Origin: Trypanosoma brucei
Taxonomy: Eukaryota
Length of the DNA: 64,000 nt
NCBI GenBank assembly: GCA_000002445.1
Contig: CH464491.1
Span: 32,001 to 96,000, forward strand
Reading direction: 5' to 3'
How positions within the stretch are numbered: position 1 is the first letter of the stretch; each line of letters begins with the position of its first letter. Below are positions 32,133-41,966 of this stretch, one piece after another. Under the pieces are notes generated by a model that saw nothing but the letters and a program-made list of their open reading frames with translations, made no database searches and was not told where the DNA came from. The position numbers were made by a program, and so were the translations under genes.

Positions 32133-34079
32133 TCACTGAGTAGCAGAAATGTAGTTTCCAGACGCTACAACATCAGCATACATGTCCCTTTGAGTTTGTG
32201 TACGGTCTCCCTTCAGTACCCGTTGCAACACCAACGGTGGGGCTGTTCGCATCCGATGCTGCAGTCGCTTCGTGTCCCGCTCAAAACCTGCTGTCATGAG
32301 TGTCTCGGCTAAATCAACAGGAGGTGCAAACACGAAGGTCGGCGCATCATCATCGGAGAAGGCGTCCTCATCATCACTCGGTTCATCTTCATCGTCCACT
32401 TCGCTTTCACACAGCAAGAACCCCGGATATTCATTGTTTAAATTAATCCGGGGATCGGCTGGTCGGGGTGGTGGGTTGAAAGGCGGTAGCACGCCGGTGG
32501 AAAACCGACTACACATGTCAACCACGTCTCCCATATCAATCCAGGGAATAGGTAATCTGTTAACGTTACGCCCAATAACACGAAATAGATTAACAATAGC
32601 CGCATCACCAGGATTCACAACAGCGTCGGCAACTTCTGCAACACCCTTGCGCGCTAACCACCTGTTGCGTACCACACGCATTGCTTTCAAGACTGGGGCA
32701 AACTTTGCCTGTGAGGAAAGTTTAAAGCGCCTACATGCAGCCGCACGCTCTATACATTCAGCAAAATGTTCAAGGTCCCAGTCATCAAATGTATTTGCAC
32801 GGTCAATTATAGACTTCGCCACGAAAGCAAGTTCGGATATGGGGCTCCGCACCTCACCGTGAAGTCCAAGGGCAATTTGTGTCGTTACGCAAAGCCTGCA
32901 GTTAACGTGACGCGCGAGGTTCCTCCCCCGCAAAACCTTGGAACATAGCGGACATTGCATAGATTCCCACGTCGGATCAGAGTTCTCATCGCCAGCGAGA
33001 CGCACGATCCAACGGTCCTTTTCATTTGTTACACGAAAAGTGGGACGGTGGATAAGAATAAACTCACGCACGTCACCGAACTCGGCAACAACCTCTTTGC
33101 TTGCTAAAGTAGACAGACGGTTAACCAACACATCCAATTCAACCGCACCACCGCAACTTCGTATCGCCTCACGAATGAACCGCACCCCAAGTGGGAAAAA
33201 CCCGCGCTTCACGCCATGTTCGTCACGAGGAAGCTCTAAAGGCATAACAACATCAGAGTAGTCGGGAACTTTGCCATTCTCAGCTGCTACACCACGGACT
33301 GCATTAAGAAGCTCCGCCTCCTGTCGGCGGTCCATCTCCTCACGGTTCCGATCCATAATCTCTCGAAGGCGTTTTCGCCGCGCGTTTTGATAATTCTTCA
33401 GGTATTCTGCAGGAACCGCTTTCATGTAACCTTGCGGTGCATCGGCATCAGGTTGAACCTCAGGAACAGCAATTTCTTGAGGTCGTGCTGGTGCATAACT
33501 GCTCGCCATGTTCATTGCAACCTGACTATCAATAGTTTTTACTTGAAGTATGTGTTTAGCCCCCGCGGGCCTCTCTGTCATCACAGCCTTCGTCGAAAAG
33601 GCACCAGCAGTCCTCAGAGCGCAGCTGTGAAGCGCCACAACACCGCGCTCACGCTCCGATGCACTGGCATTATTACGCGCTGTTTCCTTCTGTGTTTCTG
33701 GATCAATCTCTAATAAAATCAGAGACACGAGAGGAGCACCAAACACTACTGCAATAGAATATTTGAGAAGGCTTTTGAAATCGGCCCACTCGGGACCGTC
33801 TGCTGCTGGCGCTGCTGTTGTGGCAAGGGATCGCAGGCGGGGCCGGAGGGAATCAAGAAAAATTACGTGTTGCTTTGCTAGTCGATCAATAAAGAACCAC
33901 AGTACCAGTCGCTGCCCACCGTGCGATGTACGAAGCGCATTCTCTACTGCGTCAATGATTCCTTCAACGTTTGCCAGATGGGATTCGCACTGTTGGGCAA
34001 GGCCACTTAGCTGCTCCATGCTGCAACCCTCCGCAAGTGAAGCAATGGCATCACTTAATTCTCCCAGTGTCAAACTCAT
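32133..34079 (-). CDS. Hypothetical protein with a possible CID/ENTH-like N-terminal region, a C4 zinc-finger motif and an acidic C-terminus.
   Basis: The N-terminus ...GQRLVLWFFIDRLAKQHVIFL... is CID-like, and this is a weak call. The zinc-finger motif reads CPLCSKVLRGRNLARHVNCRLC. The C-terminus is acidic: DDEDEPSDDEDAFSDDDAP. Confidence 0.5.
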   Translation of the reverse strand: MSLTLGELSDAIASLAEGCSMEQLSGLAQQCESHLANVEGIIDAVENALRTSHGGQRLVLWFFIDRLAKQHVIFLDSLRPRLRSLATTAAPAADGPEWADFKSLLKYSIAVVFGAPLVSLILLEIDPETQKETARNNASASERERGVVALHSCALRTAGAFSTKAVMTERPAGAKHILQVKTIDSQVAMNMASSYAPARPQEIAVPEVQPDADAPQGYMKAVPAEYLKNYQNARRKRLREIMDRNREEMDRRQEAELLNAVRGVAAENGKVPDYSDVVMPLELPRDEHGVKRGFFPLGVRFIREAIRSCGGAVELDVLVNRLSTLASKEVVAEFGDVREFILIHRPTFRVTNEKDRWIVRLAGDENSDPTWESMQCPLCSKVLRGRNLARHVNCRLCVTTQIALGLHGEVRSPISELAFVAKSIIDRANTFDDWDLEHFAECIERAAACRRFKLSSQAKFAPVLKAMRVVRNRWLARKGVAEVADAVVNPGDAAIVNLFRVIGRNVNRLPIPWIDMGDVVDMCSRFSTGVLPPFNPPPRPADPRINLNNEYPGFLLCESEVDDEDEPSDDEDAFSDDDAPTFVFAPPVDLAETLMTAGFERDTKRLQHRMRTAPPLVLQRVLKGDRTQTQRDMYADVVASGNYISATQ

Positions 34080-34665
34080 TAAAGCAATTCTTGAATACTA
34101 CTACAAAAAAGAAAAAAGTAAAAAAAAAAGGAAAGCTTCAAAACAACTTTAAACATCCATCTCGTTAGGCAACCAAAAAAAAAATGTTCACATAGCACCC
34201 ATCTCGTTGTAAGAAATCAGTTGCGTGGCAACGCACTTGTCCACAATCATCACTATGAGTTGGTGCGACGGGGCTGCACAAGCCACACAGTCCGTTCGTA
34301 TCTACGAAATGAAATCCATTCTCTGGAAAATGAAACATCGGTGGATTGTCCCTAAATATAAGCAGGTTACGTAAACTAGAAAGCATTCAACAACTACGGC
34401 AAGGCGTTGTTTTAATACTGTGTCAGCGATAGGCAGTGGAACCTAACAGCGCAGCGCAAGGTTCACACCCCTGTCCCGCAAATTTACCAGCAAATTACAG
34501 AAACCACATGTGAGTAAAACACATGTGTATCACAACGGTACGCCCTGCAGAAGAACGAAAAGCAGCAGGAAGTAAAGAAAAATAGAGAAAAAAATTTTAA
34601 AAATAGGATTGGAAAGACCAGGGGCGAAGCAATAACTAAACACAGAACTCACTACATCAGACATT

Positions 34666-35448
34666 TTACGACCGGGTCAAACACGAAGCCGCATTTTTGC
34701 ATGCCTTCATCCGCTGAGCGAAACACATAGCAAAGTCTCGTTGGGGTTGCGACGGACTAACCTGAGGGCGATTGGCCCGGACAAGATTCTCAGCATCCGC
34801 ATATTTCATATTCCCATACGTGGTGAGGTAGCACATGACCATCATCCAACTGCGGCCCTTGCCTGCTTTGCAATGAATATAAGCGGTCTCCTTCCTCACA
34901 TCAACACACTGATAAATCTGCTCAACTGCAGAAACAACCACATCGAAAGAGACGTCTGCTGTCGCGTCCTCCAATGGAACATGGCAGTATTCGACATCCG
35001 GATTAACATATTGGCGCCAGGCTGTCTCATCAGCGAAGGTTATCACCGGAACACCAAAACCCTGTATTTCAATTTCCTCCATGCACGCAACAACAAGTCC
35101 TAGTTCCTGATCTTTAGTCCTCAGCTGTCCGGCAAGTTGCACCAAGTGGTTTCCACTGTCTCCAAACTTTGTGACAACGGGAAGAGCTCCAAGTATGCAC
35201 CTATCCGTTATGAAGTTCCAGTGGAGAAAATCGTGCACAAGACCCATCTTTCGTCCGAAATAACCGGGTACTACTGTGGCGGTTAATGATCCCCAGAAGT
35301 AAGCCGCTTTCCGTGCAGATGTCAGCGCTTGTTGCATATAATCCACCACATCATCACTATCCCCAGCCGGAGGAGATCTCATCTCATCCAGTTTTCGGGG
35401 TTGCATATCGACAGGGCCGTCATCAGGACAACAATTAGGCGAACTCAT
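34666..35448 (-). CDS. PTPMT1: PTPMT1-like dual-specificity protein phosphatase.
   Basis: The CX5R active site reads IHCKAGKGRSWMMVMCYL. Compare PTPMT1 VHCKAGRSRS. The upstream ILGALP motif matches PTPMT1 LLGALP. Confidence 0.75.
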   Translation of the reverse strand: MSSPNCCPDDGPVDMQPRKLDEMRSPPAGDSDDVVDYMQQALTSARKAAYFWGSLTATVVPGYFGRKMGLVHDFLHWNFITDRCILGALPVVTKFGDSGNHLVQLAGQLRTKDQELGLVVACMEEIEIQGFGVPVITFADETAWRQYVNPDVEYCHVPLEDATADVSFDVVVSAVEQIYQCVDVRKETAYIHCKAGKGRSWMMVMCYLTTYGNMKYADAENLVRANRPQVSPSQPQRDFAMCFAQRMKACKNAASCLTRS

Positions 35449-35854
35449 ATCCTAAAAAAAAACAGTGCAGAAACTGACTTCTTCAAAAACGAAAACAGAA
35501 ACGAGTTTCAGAACCTCGGACGGACACATTTGTGCATCTGTTCCACCTCACGAAAACAAAGAGCAAAAAGAAAAACACTCACAAGGCACTCCTTCACTTC
35601 TGTACCCATCAACTCATAAGGTGACCACAAACCTTCCACCAAAGAGGTTGAGTGAATGAGGCATTCAACCACTACATCTGGACATGTGTTTTACATGTCA
35701 GTATTTTCATTTCTTATCGGCGCCACAAAACTGTTAATAGTGGCAATTGCAGCCTTAGAACTAAAGACCACCTCACTTGTCGGGACTGCACAGTAAGAAG
35801 AAGAGAAACTGCAGGTACAACTAACAGGAAGGAAACGCAATCGCACGGCAACTA

Positions 35855-36475
35855 TCAATTTGTGGTGCTAACGCCACGGACGACACCGTCCCATCGCCAA
35901 CCGGGTTTAATACAATATGAATTTTCCCATATCCGCTCATCCGCACGCACCACTGGGCGGAACCTTTCTTCGGAGTACGGCAAATACTGCGCAAGGAGCT
36001 TATCATCTAGTGAGTGCCCTGATTCTGCGTAACTTAAAGTTGTGAAGTACACCTGAAGTAACTCCTCCGACATCAGTCCCTTCCAGTGATCCGGAACATC
36101 TCGATCCTCACGAAGGGCGGCATGTCGCCTCCTCGTCGCTACTGCTGGAGGGCGTACGTTTGACGCGCCTTGGTATGATTCGCGCATTTGTCCATCGCAC
36201 ACATCAGTTACAAAACCCTCAACGGTCTCACCACAACCACTGCTACTTCCAGCTCCATTACTTTCGACGTCCGGTTCCTCCGTTCTTAATCCCATTGCCC
36301 ACAACATCTCATCCTTATCGTCACGAGTGTACCGAAGAAGTGGCTCCTCCACATATCCATCCGCATCATCGTCATCGCTGTCGCTATCGAAGCGGCGTAG
36401 ACGTTTCATCCCACCTTTATAATGCAAAAGCAAATGAGAGGGAAAAGGGAAGGATACTAAATTTAAGAAAAACAT
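35855..36475 (-). CDS. Hypothetical protein with a BUD13-like C-terminus, a possible RES-complex splicing factor. The likely start is at 36409 (MKRLRRFDSD...).
   Basis: The C-terminal motif is NSYCIKPGWRWDGVVRG. Compare the BUD13 signature [21 protein letters not shown]. The N-terminus is acidic/Ser-rich. The first 22 codons of the ORF are Y-tract read-through. Confidence 0.4.
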   Translation of the reverse strand: MFFLNLVSFPFPSHLLLHYKGGMKRLRRFDSDSDDDDADGYVEEPLLRYTRDDKDEMLWAMGLRTEEPDVESNGAGSSSGCGETVEGFVTDVCDGQMRESYQGASNVRPPAVATRRRHAALREDRDVPDHWKGLMSEELLQVYFTTLSYAESGHSLDDKLLAQYLPYSEERFRPVVRADERIWENSYCIKPGWRWDGVVRGVSTTN

Positions 36476-36872
36476 ATTTAAAGGAAAAAAAAAAAGAAAC
36501 GTAGTATCCCAGCGTCCTCCTGGGCATTCTTTTTTTTAGAAAGTTTCCTCTCGTTCGTGTTCCGCCTCGCTTCCACTAGGATGCACACTTAGTCAGCACA
36601 TTTCCATTAAGGCTCAGAAATGGAGGCCGCACGAATTCATCATAGTTCCAAACCGCCACCATATGCGGCTTGTACACCACATCGTGAAACATTGAGGACC
36701 ACGCAAAACATTATCGTAAATATACACGGACCTGCTCAGGCACCGGTGAAATACTCGTGATGTTATACAAATAAAGTGATGGTGCACCTCTGCCGCATCT
36801 ATTACATGTCCAACGCAGAGGTAAAAAAGGAAAAGAAAAAAGAAAAAAAGAGAAGCAGCGGCACCCCCGTAA

Positions 36873-36890
36873 ATATATATATATATATAT
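36873..36890. repeat. (AT)9 microsatellite.
   Basis: The sequence aaatatatatatatatatatagc. Confidence 0.9.
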
Positions 36891-37108
36891 AGCTGCGCTT
36901 AACTGATGTATAAGCAATAATGTTACACAAACGTAGACACACACACTAGAAAGTCTGATATCCCCTCGTTACTACATAGTTCAAAGGAGCGGAAACAAGT
37001 AAAGAAGAGGTGCATCCGTCGTGAAAGCGGTTCCGTGCAGTTGCCGCTGGCGGACAACATTTTCTGCACATAATCTCCTCTCCCCTTCCTCCTCCTTCGT
37101 TTCGGGCA

Positions 37109-39274
37109 CTAACTGGAAGACTCCACACGGGAAGATTTGCGAGACCCTCTGAGGACATTTACGTTACTCAGTGATGAATCAGAGGAAGGAGTCAACATCC
37201 AGGGAGGTTTAATTTTGCTTGGAGAAAGGACCTGCTCCACAGAAGGTGCACAATCCGTTTTCGATGCCGCTGAACCATGAGTGGACTGTTCTCTTTCAGC
37301 TTTTGGTGCATCCTCAACCGGTTGTTCCCGACATTGCACAGCCTCACACTTCTTCTGAAGTACCGAAACTAAGTCCTCCGCAGAGTGGTTATACTCCTTT
37401 GGATTGAAAGATGACAATAACTGACGCATCTTCTCTTCGTTTGCCTCACGGCGTCTCCGTTCCTCTTGTAGTTCCTCGAGAAATGTCTCAAGAGCACGCT
37501 CTGTTCTCGTATCAGACTTTTGTATCTCTCGAAACTCCTCGCGAAGGCGTTCAACCCGCTGGTCATCTTTTTCAGCTTTACACCCAGAATTTTCCTGAAG
37601 ATTATTTTCCCCTCCTTGCAGAGGGAGCTCTTGCTTGTGGTGTGCAGACTTATCCGCTGCTTCAGTGGAAGTAACCTGCCGAGAAACGAGGGCCCTTTTC
37701 AGGCTCATAACACAACGCCGATAGACGTGCTCACGCCTCGCATAACGATCTAACTCACTTTGCAAGTGAACAAATAACCTAAACCACAACGTTCCATGTG
37801 CAACTTCAAAAGGGCACCGAGGGCATCGGTGCTTTCCATGAGCAGATGAATCGATCCGACAATCATGGCACTTATTGCTACACCCTTTTATAAATTCATC
37901 GCTCTTCGAGTTAACGTCTGCAACTTCAGCACCACTTGTATCATTTCTGTGATTCACAGCCGCTGTAGCACATCCCACTTTTTCGTAAGATGCTTTGTTT
38001 GAAGCCAAGCAACTTTTCCCTCCGCCCATACCGTTTTCCCCTCCCATGTGACGTTGGATTTGTCTTTCGGGTCCCTTTACTCGCGTCGTGTAAAATACAA
38101 AATCGTCAGTCTTTTCCCCCAATTTGCTAGTTCCCACAACATGTTTATCTGCAATGTGCGTCGCTGTGCCCCCTTTGCAGGCACAGATCCATTCTTTAAG
38201 GAGGCACATGGAGCAAGAAGTACTGATGCCGTTGCGCGAAGCATACACGTGGGCTCCTGTGGCAGCTATACGATATGATTCCCTAAACGTTTCCGGGAAT
38301 TTTGTTCCAACAGGAGTGGCGGGAGCAAAACATGAAACCCACAACCCCGGACGCCGGCCAAGTAGCGCCGGTTCAACTAGAGATGAGAGCGCAGTGGTGA
38401 TTCGCACCTCATGAGGCGCACGGCATTCGAGAAGTTGAGCAGCCGTGACTATGCAGTGTCGTGTTGAACAGACGCTACGTGCCCGTTCTGAGGCAGAAAG
38501 TGATACAAACCATAACGTTGTGTTCTTTTGTCGTGAAGAAGCGGCGTATCTCAGAGACAACCCGAACAATTGACTACATCCAGAGGAAACAGATCCACGC
38601 ACACACTCCAGTACGGTTCTCATGGCATATTCGTCCTTTATTTCACAGCATGATACATCCTGGAGGAGAGCAATTGCACTCTCACTAGCATGATCATCGC
38701 TAGAACCCCCAAGGTCGGCTTTACTTTTTTTATTTGCAGCTAATGAGACACCTAAAATCAAATCCTTTACAAAACCGTCATCACCAAACTCCATGGCGGT
38801 TAATGAAACGGCCTCTAACAACGCTGCAGTTAAATCCACCGACAAGGACATAAACAACCGACAACATTGAGCTAAAAGTCCTTCCGTTGCATCAAACAAT
38901 GTACAGTTACGAGTTACTTCAGTTCCATCTACTACAATGACGGATTCTGACGAAGCAAACGGAGGCAATATTGCACGCGCTACTGGCAGAACAACGTGAT
39001 CAAAAATCTTCCTGTTTGATTGAGCGAAGAGGTCACACTTTAGCACTTGATGAGCCCTGGAGTCCGTTACATCTGCGATTGTAACTTCACTACCGGTGTT
39101 ATTAATTGTGTAACGCATTCGCGGACAACCGCCAAACACGCGGTGCGCCTCGTCGGGGCGGAACTCTCGAACTGCCACCAGCATTGCAGGAACCTGCTTT
39201 CCAGTATTACTTAATAAATTAAGAATGGTTGGTATGAAGGTATTAAACAAGTTTAAAGACACGCAAAAGTACAC
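37109..39274 (-). CDS. Hypothetical protein (721 aa) with a Cys/His cluster and a C-terminal coiled-coil.
   Basis: A long co-oriented ORF. The Cys/His cluster reads CHDCRIDSSAHGKHRCPRCPF. The coiled-coil region includes RVERLREEFREIQKSDTRTERALETFLEELQEERRRREANEEKMRQL. Confidence 0.5.
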   Translation of the reverse strand: MYFCVSLNLFNTFIPTILNLLSNTGKQVPAMLVAVREFRPDEAHRVFGGCPRMRYTINNTGSEVTIADVTDSRAHQVLKCDLFAQSNRKIFDHVVLPVARAILPPFASSESVIVVDGTEVTRNCTLFDATEGLLAQCCRLFMSLSVDLTAALLEAVSLTAMEFGDDGFVKDLILGVSLAANKKSKADLGGSSDDHASESAIALLQDVSCCEIKDEYAMRTVLECVRGSVSSGCSQLFGLSLRYAASSRQKNTTLWFVSLSASERARSVCSTRHCIVTAAQLLECRAPHEVRITTALSSLVEPALLGRRPGLWVSCFAPATPVGTKFPETFRESYRIAATGAHVYASRNGISTSCSMCLLKEWICACKGGTATHIADKHVVGTSKLGEKTDDFVFYTTRVKGPERQIQRHMGGENGMGGGKSCLASNKASYEKVGCATAAVNHRNDTSGAEVADVNSKSDEFIKGCSNKCHDCRIDSSAHGKHRCPRCPFEVAHGTLWFRLFVHLQSELDRYARREHVYRRCVMSLKRALVSRQVTSTEAADKSAHHKQELPLQGGENNLQENSGCKAEKDDQRVERLREEFREIQKSDTRTERALETFLEELQEERRRREANEEKMRQLLSSFNPKEYNHSAEDLVSVLQKKCEAVQCREQPVEDAPKAEREQSTHGSAASKTDCAPSVEQVLSPSKIKPPWMLTPSSDSSLSNVNVLRGSRKSSRVESSS

Positions 39275-41329
39275 GGTGGCACCAACATCAGTTATTAAAG
39301 CTAAACGACCGAAAGGTAGGAACTAGGGGCAAACAGAGTTAAAACGGAAAGAAAAAAAAGCGACAGGAACATCCACGCCAGTAAGCAAAAAACACTCTGT
39401 GGTGCTTCCGCTTCATTATGCATACAAATCGCCATAACTTCACGGCTTTTCATCTCTATCACTAAAGGAAAGGAAAAAAAATGAAACGTGTGAGCTTTGC
39501 GCGCAAGCACAAACACTGCTCATTCAAAGACAGTGCCACTTGAAATGCAGGGGAAGCACGGTGGGCGAACACAGGAACTCCCAAACATCACCATAAGAAA
39601 TGTACCGATCGCACAGCATGCGACTTCGTGGCCGCATAAAAAAAAAAAATAATAATAATAATCAGGTATAGAAACCAAAGAAGGAATCATTATGCAATCA
39701 GAGGTGCGAGAGCGGAGGAAAATTCGGTGACCGAGTCAGCAAAACGTTGGTGAAAAAAAAAAATAGCCACAACGCATTTATAAGACACATGAGTTGCGAA
39801 TTCACAGTTCAAAGGGGAATTTGACAATGCACATTCCTTTCAAACAAAGGCACATACACATACATATATTTATATAAGCAAGTGATTCCCCCTGCTTCTC
39901 TAAAAGCGAGACGTGTCAAGGCGAAAAAAAACAACTTTTCAGTGACAAAACAACGCCCGAAAAACGTAAGTAGCAGCACAATACGAAATATAATATTATA
40001 TAATGTAATACAATATAATATGTGAACTACACCGAATGGCATATGCAATGTGACGTTACTACCAACGCAACATCACGGGATCTTCATTCAACAGCACGGG
40101 CAGAACAAATGTGGCTTGACGTAAGGCACAAAAAATGCGGCCTAAGACGCCGCTCTCATGCAAAGGGCACTCTTCAAAAAAAAAAAACAGGCAAAAAGCC
40201 CTCTCAATCACATCCAAATGCAGAGGGACAAAAAAAACACTCCAAAAAATACTCGAGTACCCACCTCTGGAAACATTGTGCGGAAAGTTTTTCACAAATT
40301 AACATACTGATGAAGAAAAATCATTTGTTCATGAAATCATTTCAGCATTCCCCCTTGAGATGAAGCATTTATTACAGCAAAGGGAAACTGATAATCCCAA
40401 TCAAAGTTATACACACACATTGATGTGTATTCCAACTCGAATAAGAGTGTGATAAAGAATCACGAATTCTCAATCATTATCCCCTTCAGACCAAACTGAA
40501 AGCGGAATTTCTAACTGGAATATTCACAAATCCGCTCAAAGGGACAATTGCACTCCGTCTCAACTCAAGACGTAACCTAAAGCCAAATTGCCATAAAGAC
40601 TCCTATAAAAGGGTTCAATACATCACGGAAGCTTGTGAAATACTGCGTGATGAAGCGCCACCACCACGTAAATAAGGCGTTATATATAAATATATATCGA
40701 GAGAGAGAGAGCGGGAAAACAGTTTCCTCAAAAGCAAGATTACAACACATCTCGCAACACACCTTTATGGGAGCCGTCGCAAACATTAAAGCATGGGCCT
40801 TTCAATTCTTCACAGCGATTAGGGCCGTTCCCGACAGTTATTTTACAGATATGAATGTGTTCATTTGCAGTTTAACGACATCAATGTCGTTACGTGTAGG
40901 GGTTTGCCCTCGACCGTGTTGGTACGCCTGCAAGTTGATAATAGTTTCCAATAATATTGGCCATAACTTTCCTAGATGTTTAAACTATCGACAGAGGAAG
41001 AAGAAAAAGAAGAAAAGAAGAAGCAAATGCGAAAGTTTCAGTTTGGTAACGGGACCCGCAACTAAATATGGCAGGCAAGAAAGCATGACATGCTCTCATT
41101 GCCCAATTTGACATTTGTCAACCACATCGACGAATCGTCACGGGAGTCGCAGTTCAATAGTTGAGAGGGAAGTATGTATCTACATGTTTTTCCTTTTTTT
41201 CTCTCCTTTTTTTGTTTATTCTCGCAGGCAGAAACAGAGAGAGGTTGAAGAGGGGGAAAAGGACGAAAAACGAGAAAAGACGACAACTGACCTGTTTTCT
41301 AATGCCGCAACACGGGTTGTGTGGGTGCC

Positions 41330-41602
41330 TCAACCTGTTTTCCACAGGAGAATGGAAATCTGACCAACGTAGAAATAAATGAAGTGCTTGCTCTCGTGCA
41401 CGACATCAGCGCCAAAGTTTCGGCCGGCAATGCACTGCCACGTGGGATTGTGACGCTTATCAAACTCTTTTTTGATGTGCGCAGCAATATCTCGCTCAAG
41501 TTGATGTTCCTTCACGGCGCGGGCAGCTACCAGGAGTGCATCGTTTTGCATCTCTTCACTGATGTCACTCAGTTTTACATTGGTCTTGCGATCACTCATC
41601 AT
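41330..41602 (-). CDS. LC8: Dynein light chain LC8 (DYNLL).
   Basis: The 90-aa protein is near-identical to LC8 consensus over its length: [73 protein letters not shown]. Confidence 0.9.
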   Translation of the reverse strand: MMSDRKTNVKLSDISEEMQNDALLVAARAVKEHQLERDIAAHIKKEFDKRHNPTWQCIAGRNFGADVVHESKHFIYFYVGQISILLWKTG

Positions 41603-41966
41603 CTTTGCGTGCTGGACGGTAAAGTTCCTCTACAACTAGAAGAAAATTATATTAAAATTAAATGAACAGAGGCAAAGGGAGGGAGAGAAATTAGGATGCG
41701 CGATATCTGAAAACTATACTGCACGCGATAACGGCACCTCCAGGCGGACACCGGTTTCGGAAAATCATCGGCTTAGCAGCAGAGGGTAACAGAACAAGAC
41801 AATCACGGTAGTACTTGCACCACTATGACAATAAAATGCCAACAAACTGGAAGTTGCTCACTTTAAAAAAAAAACACGCGAGCATACGTACACGTACACG
41901 AATTGTCATACAACCTGACTAGCAGACGTAAGGCGCTACGAACCTTTACTGTGGTTCAAACAAAAA

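Noticed and set aside
40635-41111. A 158-codon plus-strand ORF in the long spacer upstream of LC8.
   Set aside because: It is on the opposite strand to a uniformly minus-strand transcription unit. It contains a poly-Lys run from an A-tract. It has no recognisable domain.
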